A DNA stretch of 56,816 bases from a virus. Taxonomy: Duplodnaviria > Caudoviricetes. Each line of letters starts with the position of its first letter. Position 1 is the stretch's first letter. The notes under the pieces are model-generated. The model saw only the letters and a list, made by a program, of their open reading frames with translations. It made no database searches and had not been told where the DNA came from. Shown here in pieces: positions 18,956-27,766 of the stretch. A program made the translations under genes and the position numbers. The stretch lies in IMG/VR virus record IMGVR_UViG_3300009159_000084, positions 1-56,816 of that record. One strand, 5' to 3'.

Positions 18956-19828
18956 ATGAGCATCAAAAACCTCGCAGTACAGGTAGACGAACGCCTAGCC
19001 GAATTGCTGTTCGCACGCGAGGAACACCAAATAAAATCCAACTACGCCCGAGACGCCATCCGCCGTGCAGCCGGACAAAAGTCCGACTACCGCACCGGAC
19101 AATGGGACGGCGACTTCCAAACAGCCCTCACCGTTTTGAAAAACGATCCAAGCGAATACAAGCAGCGCCCAATTGCTGAATGGGAAAACCAAAACCGTCA
19201 ACTACTGCAGATCTCTTTCGAGATCGAAGAACTCAGCGAAGTATGGGAAGAAGAACGCTGGACCCGCGCCTTCCTAGTCATCAACGGCAACGGCCACATT
19301 CACTCAACCACCGGCTGCTCAACTTGCTTCCCGACTACCAAGTTCGAATGGCTCACCCAATACAGTGCCGATCTTGAAATTGAGATCGTGGAACTGGCCG
19401 GCGAAACTGCCTGCACGATCTGCTACCCATCGGCTCCCGCCGAGATCTTGAACCGCCCAGCAACGATCCAATCCAAGAACCGCACCGAGCGCGAAGCAAA
19501 CCGCTTGAAAGCCGCTGCCGCTAAAGCCGCCCGTGATGCTAAGCGCATCGCTAGCGCACCAACAGCCGACGGATCCACGTTGTCAGTGCCATCTCGCTGG
19601 AACGGGCGCAACGAAAAAATCAAGACGGAACGGACAGCGATTTCTTTCTGGTACGAGTGTGAAGATGACATTCAATGGAAGTGTGCAGTTGACCGTACGG
19701 ACAAGACTGAGAAGGCAATCGAGGCTCAAACGATCATTGAAGAGGCACTTGCCGGCAAGAACGGGATCACTGCTCTTGAGCAGCGAGAGATCTTGCAGGT
19801 CAAGTACGCCAAGCGACGTAAGAATTAG
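18956..19828 (+). CDS. Hypothetical protein with Cys/His zinc motifs
   Basis: GHIHSTTGCSTC...CTICYPSAP. Confidence 0.7.
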   Translation: MSIKNLAVQVDERLAELLFAREEHQIKSNYARDAIRRAAGQKSDYRTGQWDGDFQTALTVLKNDPSEYKQRPIAEWENQNRQLLQISFEIEELSEVWEEERWTRAFLVINGNGHIHSTTGCSTCFPTTKFEWLTQYSADLEIEIVELAGETACTICYPSAPAEILNRPATIQSKNRTEREANRLKAAAAKAARDAKRIASAPTADGSTLSVPSRWNGRNEKIKTERTAISFWYECEDDIQWKCAVDRTDKTEKAIEAQTIIEEALAGKNGITALEQREILQVKYAKRRKN

Positions 19829-19839
19829 GAGTAAAAACA

Positions 19840-20007
19840 ATGAATGATCCACAAGATATTTTAGGAATTATTTCTGCTTGGGAATACGAAGGCGCATATC
19901 CCGAGGCAATGGAAAAGGCTCGCAAAAAACTGCGTAAAGAATGGCCGGTATTGGCTAGCGCGCTCGATAATGCGGCTAAGCAAAACAGACGAGGAGAACA
20001 GCAATGA
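19840..20007 (+). CDS. Hypothetical protein (55 aa)
   Basis: RBS AGGAG; coupled to next ORF. Confidence 0.55.
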   Translation: MNDPQDILGIISAWEYEGAYPEAMEKARKKLRKEWPVLASALDNAAKQNRRGEQQ

Positions 20008-20228
20008 TTCAGGTGCCAGCCGTAGGTCAAGTAATCCCCCTTGAGACAGGGGACGCCACCGTCCTAGACATTCGTAGCAGATACGGAGATCTCACCGTGC
20101 TTGCCGGCCGCGATCACCCGGTGCATCCGTTTGCCACATGGAAGTTAGACACTGTGAATGGGGCGCTCTTTGGGGGGCGCTATTTTGTCAAGTTGGCTGA
20201 AGCCGAACTAGACTTCAGTCAGCGCTAA
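20004..20228 (+). CDS. Hypothetical protein
   Basis: RBS GAGGAG. Confidence 0.6.
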   Translation: MIQVPAVGQVIPLETGDATVLDIRSRYGDLTVLAGRDHPVHPFATWKLDTVNGALFGGRYFVKLAEAELDFSQR

Positions 20229-20285
20229 CCCCCATGTAAGCAATTGGGGTACAATTTTCTAAACCCGGGTAACTAGGGAGGTAGG

Positions 20286-20774
20286 ATGAAAGTTCCATGC
20301 AAGGTGTGTGCTCAATTCCTTGACCCCGTATGGGTCGAAGTAGGAGTCGACGCTCACCCATCATGTGAGTCTGATTTCGAATGTCCCCATGGTGTTGAAC
20401 GCGGACCTCGCTATTGCCCTTTCTGCCGGAAAACCAATCCGGGCCTCACCGCTCCAATAGCCCTAGAAAAGGCTAGGAAGCCGGTAGAGCGCCAAGTCGT
20501 GCTAGTTGGGGCCGAACACCCTCAGTCCTCGCAACTGGCAGCCCAGAGGGCCCTGCCGTCCTCGGGCTCAAAGCGCCGTCTCGTACTTGACGCGATCCGT
20601 GAGTCAGGAGACGGGCTTTGCGACTGGCAGTTAGAACGCTTACTGGAGTGGAAGCATGAGTCAGCGTCAGCCTGTAGGCGTAGCCTTGTGAAGGATGGGT
20701 GGGTGCAGGATTCTGGGAGAGTCCGGCCCGTGCCTGATACGGGTAATGCGGCGATTGTTTGGGTTACTGCCTGA
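20286..20774 (+). CDS. Zinc-finger plus winged-HTH protein
   Basis: CKVC..HPSC..CPHG..CPFC; C-term S..RRSLVKDGWVQDSG..AIVW. Confidence 0.65.
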   Translation: MKVPCKVCAQFLDPVWVEVGVDAHPSCESDFECPHGVERGPRYCPFCRKTNPGLTAPIALEKARKPVERQVVLVGAEHPQSSQLAAQRALPSSGSKRRLVLDAIRESGDGLCDWQLERLLEWKHESASACRRSLVKDGWVQDSGRVRPVPDTGNAAIVWVTA

Positions 20775-20811
20775 CCCCCCTGTAAACACCTAACCCCGGG
20801 TGTGCTAAAAT
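20775..20811 (+). promoter_or_regulatory. CCCCGGG/extended -10 promoter
   Basis: aaacacctaaccccggg-tg-TG-c-TAAAAT. Confidence 0.65.
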
Positions 20812-20838
20812 AAAGTTGTCTAGGAGAGGAGACACAAA

Positions 20839-20964
20839 ATGAACGAAATCCAATGCGCAACGTGCGACGGAAAAGGTTATTGGCTCGTATGGGGCAGTGA
20901 CGGAAAAGAGATCAAAGACTGCTACAACTGTGGCGGCCACGGCACCGTCAAGGCTCGGTCATGA
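20839..20964 (+). CDS. Small DnaJ-type zinc-finger protein
   Basis: CATCDGKG...CYNCGGHG; RBS AGGAG. Confidence 0.65.
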   Translation: MNEIQCATCDGKGYWLVWGSDGKEIKDCYNCGGHGTVKARS

Positions 20965-21383
20965 GAGACGCAGCCCAAAATGTGCGCTTCAAATTTGCCC
21001 AACTGGTCAATGAATTTGGCACCGAATGGGAAATAGTTCAACACAGCCCCACAGGCCCAAACGACGGAGAATGCTGGACCCGGGCTTGGAACCGCTCCAA
21101 CACAGAAGGCTTGGAGTACGCCGAGGGATTCGCTGTAACCCCACAAACTCTTGTCATCCACGGATTTAGTGTCAAAAAGAGCCTGCTCGGTGAAACAGTT
21201 ATTGAATCTACCGAGGGATTCGAAAAAGCCTTGGCCTATAAGGGTTTTGTCATAAACACGCAGCATCCGCATGTAATCAAGGTAATTGATTTGCATCGCA
21301 GGGCCGGAGATCCAAATTCAAGCGTTTTGGAAACCATTTTGTACTCGCAGCCTTGGGAGCGAGTGCGGGAGGTAATCAAATGA
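20961..21383 (+). CDS. Hypothetical protein
   Basis: ATGA-coupled ORF. Confidence 0.6.
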   Translation: MRDAAQNVRFKFAQLVNEFGTEWEIVQHSPTGPNDGECWTRAWNRSNTEGLEYAEGFAVTPQTLVIHGFSVKKSLLGETVIESTEGFEKALAYKGFVINTQHPHVIKVIDLHRRAGDPNSSVLETILYSQPWERVREVIK

Positions 21384-21580
21384 AAGCCCACGATCCGCGT
21401 ACTGTGATAGCCATCACATTAGCCGGTGTGTTGCCCGATAACTGTTCAATTTCAACGTTTTCTTTGCAAATTGCCGAGCAACTGGCACACTGGCTAACTA
21501 TGAAAGCCGAAGAATTTGATGCGCTCGATGATCGAGCCCCCGGCTATCACGAATTAGCACAGCGCCTAACAGCCCGCTAA
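21380..21580 (+). CDS. Hypothetical protein
   Basis: RBS GGAGGT; ATGA overlap. Confidence 0.6.
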   Translation: MKAHDPRTVIAITLAGVLPDNCSISTFSLQIAEQLAHWLTMKAEEFDALDDRAPGYHELAQRLTAR

Positions 21581-21612
21581 TTCTGTCCCTGTCCCCGAGT
21601 GATCGGATAATC

Positions 21613-22116
21613 ATGCTCGAAACTCTTGTATTGGCTGCTGCATTGATTGCAACGCCTGAAATGAAGCAAGTCCCATCTACCCCGCCGGCAGTGGTGGCCA
21701 CTAGGCAAGACCCAAATCAAACAGGAATCAAAGACAGCGCCTACAAGGGTAAGTTCTACCTTAAAGGCCGATTCGAGCCGTATCGCAAATGCGTAGCCTT
21801 TCGAGAAGGGCGCGGCCAATACTGGGGAACCGGATCACACGGCTTATACCAATCCACTTACCAAATGACAGCACCGCTAGTCAGGGGCGCCGCTTGGATG
21901 ATGGGCCCAGAACTGCGCCGCATGTTCGGCGTCAAGCAAGGCAACGTCATCCAATACCGCCTCCTACACACCAAGGGAAGCAAGTGGAGCCGTTTCTACA
22001 TGGACATGGGGTTCTACACCATTCTCAACTGGAAAGGCCCCGGAGAGGGCGATAAACACTGGCACGGAGGCCGCTACGGCTGCAGCCTGCGAGCAAAAAC
22101 ATGGAAGGTGGCCTAA
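21613..22116 (+). CDS. Secreted lysozyme/transglycosylase-like protein
   Basis: Signal-like N-terminus; C..RE.RGQY...YQSTYQM resembles the SLT/Rpf catalytic Glu region. Confidence 0.5.
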   Translation: MLETLVLAAALIATPEMKQVPSTPPAVVATRQDPNQTGIKDSAYKGKFYLKGRFEPYRKCVAFREGRGQYWGTGSHGLYQSTYQMTAPLVRGAAWMMGPELRRMFGVKQGNVIQYRLLHTKGSKWSRFYMDMGFYTILNWKGPGEGDKHWHGGRYGCSLRAKTWKVA

Positions 22117-22226
22117 TGGCAGACCCCACAAAAGTCACCACCTGCCCACGATGTGGGCAACCTGTCTGGTCACCGACACTAGAAAACAAAGGCTGCCCGA
22201 TTTGTAAGGCTCTCGACGGCCGCTGA
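22116..22226 (+). CDS. Small zinc-finger protein
   Basis: CPRC...CPIC; TAATG overlap. Confidence 0.5.
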   Translation: MADPTKVTTCPRCGQPVWSPTLENKGCPICKALDGR

Positions 22227-22243
22227 TCCTCTACCCTTGGCAC

Positions 22244-22501
22244 ATGGGTAAAAAGCAGGAACCTGAAGAGCCGGTCACGTTTGAAGACCGACTCATGCAG
22301 GCCCTTGCCTCACTGCTACCCGATGAAGGGCCAATCATGGTCACTTCATGGATCGCATTCCTTGAATACGTCAACGAAGACGGGCACCCACAACTAGCAG
22401 CCTTCGCTTCACAAATGCCGCCGTGGCGCATGACCGGCATGATCGACGCGGGCGCCGAACTGCTCGCTGAAGAATTCGAATACGACGATTACGACGAATA
22501 A
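22244..22501 (+). CDS. Hypothetical acidic protein
   Basis: ORF with leaderless-type -10 box. Confidence 0.6.
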   Translation: MGKKQEPEEPVTFEDRLMQALASLLPDEGPIMVTSWIAFLEYVNEDGHPQLAAFASQMPPWRMTGMIDAGAELLAEEFEYDDYDE

Positions 22502-22567
22502 CACCCCGGGTGTTGAAAAGTAAACCCCTATACGCAACAATGGGTCATCATTTTCGAACGGGGAATA

Positions 22568-22876
22568 GTGGACTTTGAAACAGCCCCATGCGTAGGGCAA
22601 GACCCGGCACTGTTCGACCACTACACATTCCCATCTGCCGCGAGCGGCGTCGCTATCTGCAGCACCTGCCATCTCACCGTGGAATGCCTAGATTGGGTAC
22701 GGCCACAAAAAAGTTTCTTCGATGGGGTTGCCGGGAAACTTGTTTGGCGTAACGGGTATCGTGTTCGACCTGACAACAGCACGCGAGAAGACCGCATCAT
22801 TCGGCTACGCAAAGAACGGGAGAACACAATTCGTGGCATTTCATCAGATCATCCCGAAGGGTTACCCAAATTTTAA
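22568..22876 (+). CDS. whiB: WhiB-family transcription factor (divergent)
   Basis: C..DP.LF...CxxC.....C...DGVAG. Confidence 0.75.
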   Translation: MDFETAPCVGQDPALFDHYTFPSAASGVAICSTCHLTVECLDWVRPQKSFFDGVAGKLVWRNGYRVRPDNSTREDRIIRLRKERENTIRGISSDHPEGLPKF

Positions 22877-23120
22877 TGGGGAACAACTTTGCAGCCAAAC
22901 AGACCCGGATTTGTTTTACAACGACAAACCGGATTCAAACGTTACAAAACAACTTCGTCTCATATGTGCGAGGTGCCCAAAACTTGTGGATTGCAGAGAA
23001 TATGCGATACACAATGAAAGAGATGGTTTCTGGGGTGGACTTACTGCCCGGGAACGTCAAGGAGTACGCAAGAGAATCAACATTATTATCAAAAATCAGC
23101 AGCGCATGTCTGCCGCCTAA
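22833..23120 (+). CDS. whiB: WhiB-family transcription factor
   Basis: CSQTDPDLFY..ICARCP...CREYA..GFWGGLTARER. Confidence 0.9.
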   Translation: MAFHQIIPKGYPNFNGEQLCSQTDPDLFYNDKPDSNVTKQLRLICARCPKLVDCREYAIHNERDGFWGGLTARERQGVRKRINIIIKNQQRMSAA

Positions 23121-23135
23121 AGAAAAGAGAAAACA

Positions 23136-23555
23136 ATGAGCACAACCGTTACGTTAACTGGACGCCTTGGTGCGGATCCTGAACTTCGTTTTACTGCAGG
23201 TGGGAAACCTGTTGTGTCATTCACTATGGTGACATCGAAGTCAGTGAAGAATAAAGACACCGAGCAGTGGGAAGAGAGTGAGACCACTTGGTGGCGTTGT
23301 ACCGCATGGGATCAGATGGCCGAAAACATTACTGAAGCGTTTTCTAAAGGTGACGCCGTAATTGTTGTGGGCCGTGCCTATTCGGAGAAGTATACGACTA
23401 AAGAAGGTGTTGAACGTCAGACTCTTTCAGTGCAGGTGTATAACGCTGGCCCGGATTTGCGGATGGCTAAAGCCGTGAAGCGTTCGGCGCCGTCTGTTGC
23501 TGCAGTGAATGATCCATGGGCTACTAGCCCGGTTGGTGATGAGCCGCCTTTCTGA
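23136..23555 (+). CDS. ssb: Single-stranded DNA-binding protein
   Basis: LTGRLGADPELRFT, AW..MAEN, C-terminal DEPPF. Confidence 0.95.
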   Translation: MSTTVTLTGRLGADPELRFTAGGKPVVSFTMVTSKSVKNKDTEQWEESETTWWRCTAWDQMAENITEAFSKGDAVIVVGRAYSEKYTTKEGVERQTLSVQVYNAGPDLRMAKAVKRSAPSVAAVNDPWATSPVGDEPPF

Positions 23556-23631
23556 TCCAAGCGAGGATGCGGGTCTTGAGTACATTGCATGGCTTGAGAC
23601 CCGCTACCGCTGGGAATGTGACGACACGCTA

Positions 23632-23711
23632 CCCCCGGTGTAAAGAACTAATCCGGGGTATGGTACGCTTACTTATGTAAGAGAGGGAAAGGCCCTCGGG
23701 ACGGGAGACCC
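23632..23711 (+). promoter_or_regulatory. CCCCCGG-N14-CCGGGG promoter plus GGGACGGGAGACCC
   Basis: TG-g-TACGCT at 23661-23669; 14-mer at 23698-23711. Confidence 0.75.
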
Positions 23712-23713
23712 AA

Positions 23714-24154
23714 ATGAGCACAGCGACTATCGCAACCAAAGTTTTGCCTGACGACATCGCTCAGGTATTTATTGAAGCCCGCGCCGCTGCAGAAACAGCA
23801 GCCGCAGCATGTGTACCAACACCAATCGTCGTCGGTACAGCAAAGTCAATATTCGGCGAAGGCAGCAACGACATCGACTACGCCAAGAAAACCTATTACG
23901 TCCCTAGCGGCGTTTGCGGTTTTGCCGGCGTCAAGATCCGCCCAGCACGCGGCAAGATCGTGACATGGCTCAAGGGCAAGGGCATCGGTCGCCCAGATTC
24001 ATACGCGGGCGGCTACTACATCGCCTCGTACGAATTCGCCACCAGCACTCGTGGATCTCAATCCTACGAAGTTGCGTGCGCTGCCGCTCGTGGAGCAGCC
24101 AGCCTATTGGCCTCCTACGGATTGAAAGTAAGCGTCGAGTCACGTCTCGACTAA
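23714..24154 (+). CDS. Conserved phage hypothetical protein
   Basis: GVCGFA.V...QS.E..A.A......G....SRLD motif. Confidence 0.7.
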   Translation: MSTATIATKVLPDDIAQVFIEARAAAETAAAACVPTPIVVGTAKSIFGEGSNDIDYAKKTYYVPSGVCGFAGVKIRPARGKIVTWLKGKGIGRPDSYAGGYYIASYEFATSTRGSQSYEVACAAARGAASLLASYGLKVSVESRLD

Positions 24155-24159
24155 AAGAC

Positions 24160-24266
24160 TCCGGCGTTAGATCGTGACCCCCATCCGATTTAGCGCCGGA
24201 CCCCGCCCGGGGGTTATGCGACCGCTAGTTCTCCCCCGTTCTAGCAGCGACTCGCTACCCCCGGGC
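24160..24266 (+). ncRNA. Putative structured RNA: two hairpins with C-rich loops
   Basis: 15-bp stem 24160-74/24186-200; second stem 24205-28/24241-66 with loop TTCTCCCCCGTT. Confidence 0.45.
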
Positions 24267-24289
24267 ACCAAACTATCTAGGGAGAATCA

Positions 24290-24472
24290 ATGTGGGTAAA
24301 GCACACTCAACGCATCGAACCAACAATCGCTATAGAACGCGGTTCAACATTCGAGATCACTATTACGTTCAGCCCGGATCTGAAAATCTTATTGTCTTAC
24401 GAGGAAGGGAGACGGTTGTGTCACAAACTCGAAACAGCATTAGCCGATCACGAAATCAACGACGGGGAGTAA
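24290..24472 (+). CDS. Hypothetical protein
   Basis: RBS AGGGAG. Confidence 0.55.
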   Translation: MWVKHTQRIEPTIAIERGSTFEITITFSPDLKILLSYEEGRRLCHKLETALADHEINDGE

Positions 24473-24587
24473 GGCTTACACCTCGGGGTTGGTTTGTGTT
24501 GTATCTGGGCATTATTGTGGTTGCTATTGTTGCAAACATTCTGCTCCGTGATTTCTGTTGGGGCGGTCCATGCGTTTGGGAGGAACA

Positions 24588-24809
24588 ATGATTAAAAATA
24601 AAGATCAGGCTCAAGTGCAAAGAAATTACGCATGGGCCGTTGCCGAATGGCTTCGTGACACTGATGAATATGATATTTACGCGGCCGATATTTTAGATTG
24701 TTTAGCCTGTTTAGGGTTTACCTTAATTCCTTCAACAACAGACGAAGCAGACGCAATGACCCTCGCATACATCATGGAATTGGATTTATATGTCGAAAAG
24801 GATTCCTAA
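24588..24809 (+). CDS. Hypothetical protein
   Basis: RBS GGAGG. Confidence 0.6.
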   Translation: MIKNKDQAQVQRNYAWAVAEWLRDTDEYDIYAADILDCLACLGFTLIPSTTDEADAMTLAYIMELDLYVEKDS

Positions 24810-25011
24810 ATACAGCGAAGATTTTATTCGCAATTTTTGTGAAGAATTTGAATGGACACGCCCACGACATAGCGGCCTCTGTTCAGTCGCCGCACCCATT
24901 TTCAATCTATCGCCTAGGACCGTTGCAAAATACCTTACTTACGGCAAAACCAATTTTGGGATAGTTGTTTCTCACGTTGATGACTCAACTAGGGCTAGGC
25001 TCTCCGCATGA
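24790..25011 (+). CDS. Possible HTH protein
   Basis: VAAPIFNLSPRTVAKYL. Confidence 0.45.
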   Translation: MSKRIPKYSEDFIRNFCEEFEWTRPRHSGLCSVAAPIFNLSPRTVAKYLTYGKTNFGIVVSHVDDSTRARLSA

Positions 25012-25122
25012 TTGACATGGCTATCATCATTGCGTTTGGGCTTATCTGTTTCACGGTTGGCTACATCATTGGAAAGATCTTTGCTGTAGCAGATTCTGTA
25101 ACAAATACGGGGAAGGGGAAAA

Positions 25123-25332
25123 ATGACCACCCACACCGCAAATTTTCGTCCCGATCATGATGAACTATGTGGTCGTGGTCAGGGGGGAAGTTCCAATACC
25201 GGGTGTGATAAATGTTTAGGCATTAAGATCGCACGCGACGAAGGATTCAAGCGCGGTTACAAGGCCGCTCTTGGAGACGTGGAGGCAATACAGAAACGGT
25301 TGTGGGAAGAGGTTATTGATGAAAAATCATGA
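25123..25332 (+). CDS. HDxLC-motif protein 1
   Basis: HDELC..CDKC..I..AR. Confidence 0.55.
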   Translation: MTTHTANFRPDHDELCGRGQGGSSNTGCDKCLGIKIARDEGFKRGYKAALGDVEAIQKRLWEEVIDEKS

Positions 25333-25510
25333 TCCGTTATGCCCGGCCCCTCATCCGCAATTGATTCTTCCAACGATCTGCACTTACTGCCAACTCATTG
25401 ATCAAGTGGTTGAACGTGAATCAAAAAATAGTGGCATTGATGGCAAATGGTTTTATACCGATACCGAACAATTACAGAATGCTCTTGAAAGGTTTTTCAG
25501 TGACTCATGA
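25319..25510 (+). CDS. HDxLC-motif protein 2
   Basis: HDPLC..CTYC..I; RBS GAGG. Confidence 0.55.
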   Translation: MKNHDPLCPAPHPQLILPTICTYCQLIDQVVERESKNSGIDGKWFYTDTEQLQNALERFFSDS

Positions 25511-25826
25511 CCCGTTGTGCCGTTTGCAGAATGATGAACTTTGCGATTGCGCGTTCATTACCGAGATTCGCGAGAATGAGCGTGAGGCAATGACTGAAGG
25601 TATTCAGTCGCTTGATGCGTTCAAGGTGGGTCAGGAGGCTTATGCAATGGGCCGTGAGGATGCTATCCGTGGGGTGCAGTCGGTGAAGGTAACCGGGATT
25701 GCTGTGTTTCAGGAGGATACGCCGTTGACCCTCGCTGAGCGGGTGAAGACGCGGTGTTTGGATGCGGCTATTGGGCGTGCGCCGGTCGACACGCTGATTT
25801 TGCCGGGGTCAATACAACAGACTTAA
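25500..25826 (+). CDS. HDxLC-motif protein 3
   Basis: HDPLC..CDC.FI..IR; GTG start after AAGG. Confidence 0.55.
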   Translation: MTHDPLCRLQNDELCDCAFITEIRENEREAMTEGIQSLDAFKVGQEAYAMGREDAIRGVQSVKVTGIAVFQEDTPLTLAERVKTRCLDAAIGRAPVDTLILPGSIQQT

Positions 25827-25843
25827 CCGGGGTATGCTAAACT
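25803..25843 (+). promoter_or_regulatory. CCGGGG/extended -10 promoter
   Basis: taaccgggg-ta-TG-c-TAAACT; GAGGGAGACCC before ATG 25877. Confidence 0.7.
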
Positions 25844-25876
25844 GGGGTTGTACCGAGAGAGAGGGAGACCCCAGAA

Positions 25877-26029
25877 ATGAAAAGCATTGTTGGAACCAAA
25901 GAGTGGGAAGAAGCCTGCGCCGAATACGTCGCCGCTTTGGACAAGGCCGCAGAAACCGGATACAAGGGCTGGGAACACGCAAGTTGTGACCACGCTTACG
26001 GCTACTGCACCGAGGGCGGTTACAAATGA
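25877..26029 (+). CDS. Hypothetical protein (50 aa)
   Basis: First ORF after the promoter; not in the ORF track. Confidence 0.55.
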   Translation: MKSIVGTKEWEEACAEYVAALDKAAETGYKGWEHASCDHAYGYCTEGGYK

Positions 26030-26139
26030 GCGCCTTAGAGACCATCGCCGTTGCTTGCGGAATCATCATCGGCTTACTGGCCACCGGATCAATTCTGTCA
26101 TTTGCGTTAACCGCCGCGATTGAAGGAGAGCAATCATGA
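26026..26139 (+). CDS. Small membrane protein
   Basis: Hydrophobic, 37 aa, ATGA overlaps. Confidence 0.5.
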   Translation: MSALETIAVACGIIIGLLATGSILSFALTAAIEGEQS

Positions 26140-26462
26140 GCACCGAATACATTGCCAAGACCATCCAAAAGCAAATCGGCACCGATGCTTGGTTAGCGGT
26201 ATCAGCCCGCAACGCATCATTCTGTGAAGTCCCTGAAGGCGTCCAACTACGCTTCCGTTACGGCTCAAGTCACGGGCTTGCCCAATGGTGCGAGATCACC
26301 TACAACCGTGGCAGCGACGACTACGCGATCTGGGCATACAAAATCAATCGCAAGGGTGAGCGCGTAGAACTCGACTACGACAAGCGCATTGCTAAGTTCG
26401 AAGGCATTTACTTCGACACCCTGCCATGGCTTATCCGCGACATCAATTCGGAGGCAGCATGA
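26136..26462 (+). CDS. Hypothetical protein
   Basis: RBS AAGGAG; A.TI..Q.G motif. Confidence 0.65.
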   Translation: MSTEYIAKTIQKQIGTDAWLAVSARNASFCEVPEGVQLRFRYGSSHGLAQWCEITYNRGSDDYAIWAYKINRKGERVELDYDKRIAKFEGIYFDTLPWLIRDINSEAA

Positions 26463-26587
26463 ACACATGCGCCGTTTGCGGCGGGCCACTCCCTGAAGAG
26501 CGCCCAAAATACATCACGACCTGTTCACCTGAGTGCCGCCAAGAGCGCACCGCACAAATCATTTTCGGAAAGGAATCATCAAAATGA
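26459..26587 (+). CDS. Small zinc-finger protein
   Basis: CAVCG...TCSPEC. Confidence 0.5.
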   Translation: MNTCAVCGGPLPEERPKYITTCSPECRQERTAQIIFGKESSK

Positions 26588-26793
26588 GCGTTGACTACAA
26601 AACCCTAAAGATCGGCGATGTTCTCGAATATGAAGATCGCGCAAATCCGCCACAGCAATACGTTGTGCTCAAGCCCTATGTCACCAATTTTGGTTCTGAA
26701 TGGGAACTTATCGGATGGGAAGAAAATAAACCGGTAAAGAAATATTCGGATTGCCGTCAAGCGGGCTGGAAACTTGTATCGGAGGAATCATGA
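26584..26793 (+). CDS. Hypothetical protein
   Basis: RBS AAGGA; coupled. Confidence 0.55.
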   Translation: MSVDYKTLKIGDVLEYEDRANPPQQYVVLKPYVTNFGSEWELIGWEENKPVKKYSDCRQAGWKLVSEES

Positions 26794-27122
26794 GCGACAA
26801 CAGCACAAAAGAATACGCACAACACCTAGCCGACACAGTATTTCAAGCATCAGAAACAGGTGACCCATACGAATTCGTTTCAGATGTCCTAGACATACGA
26901 CGCACCTACTCCAGCAGTGGCGACCTGTTTAGTGTGTCGCTACTCGTAACCTTCGGTGGCCCTAATGCTTGGCTCCATGTCCAAAGCAACGGCATCGAGG
27001 TAGAAGTATCTTGGTATTCAGATCCAGCGGTTAAGTGGGTTTATTGCCCTGACTTCGCTGACTCGATCCTTGAATTGTTTAATGACTGGGACATGGACGC
27101 TGCTCGTGGAGTGAGGCGATGA
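26790..27122 (+). CDS. Hypothetical protein
   Basis: RBS GGAGG; LLVTFGGPNAW motif. Confidence 0.6.
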   Translation: MSDNSTKEYAQHLADTVFQASETGDPYEFVSDVLDIRRTYSSSGDLFSVSLLVTFGGPNAWLHVQSNGIEVEVSWYSDPAVKWVYCPDFADSILELFNDWDMDAARGVRR

Positions 27123-27150
27123 ATGACTTGCGTCTGACCAAGGAGGAATC

Positions 27151-27687
27151 ATGAACTACGACCTCAGCACCGTTGAAGGTGCCCTGCAATTAGTAATTGA
27201 AGCCCACGCCGGGCAGGTGGATAAGCAAGGCCACCCATACATCCTGCACCTTGTTCGAGTCGGTGCATCACTTTGGCGGTTCGGTGATGACGCTGTTATT
27301 GCCGGATTGTTGCATGACGTAGTGGAAGACAGCGCGGTCACGTTGCAAGATCTCGCAAATTATGGCGCTTCACCTGCCGTAGTGAGCGCGGTTGCCTCGG
27401 TTACAAAACACACCTCAGAAGCCAATTGGGAGGACTATGAGGTCAGTATCCGTAAGGCTCTGGCCGATCCGGTGGGCAAGTGGGTTAAGGCCGCTAACGT
27501 GGCTGACAATGCCGGGCGTTTGGATGGGATCCCGTGGGGTCCGTTGCATAAGCGTTTGGAATCCAAGTATGAGAAGGCTGTTGCGTTGATTGCTACGGTG
27601 ATTCCGGGTTATCGGATTGATTTGGAGTTGCGTCCCGCGCGAGACATTTTTGATGATTTGTCGGATGCGGATTTCCGAGATCTATAG
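27151..27687 (+). CDS. HD-domain hydrolase, RelA/SpoT small alarmone hydrolase-like
   Basis: AHAGQVDK.G.PYILH, AGLLHDVVED, VKAANVADN. Confidence 0.8.
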   Translation: MNYDLSTVEGALQLVIEAHAGQVDKQGHPYILHLVRVGASLWRFGDDAVIAGLLHDVVEDSAVTLQDLANYGASPAVVSAVASVTKHTSEANWEDYEVSIRKALADPVGKWVKAANVADNAGRLDGIPWGPLHKRLESKYEKAVALIATVIPGYRIDLELRPARDIFDDLSDADFRDL

Positions 27688-27696
27688 CGCGACACA

Positions 27697-27763
27697 CCCC
27701 CCGGTAATTGATACATAACCCGGGTGTGGTACACTGAAAGTACACAACAGGGACGGGAGACCC
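27697..27763 (+). promoter_or_regulatory. CCCCGG-N14-CCCGGG promoter plus GGGACGGGAGACCC
   Basis: TG-g-TACACT at 27727-35; 14-mer at 27750-63. Confidence 0.75.
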
Positions 27764-27766
27764 AAA

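Noticed and set aside
24160-24266. tRNA gene
   Set aside because: No cloverleaf, T-loop or CCA end.
24292-24591. 99-aa ORF as listed in the track
   Set aside because: It overlaps 24290 out of frame. Only the last ~40 codons (RLTPRGWF, TM helix) look coding and they lack a standard start, so it was not called.
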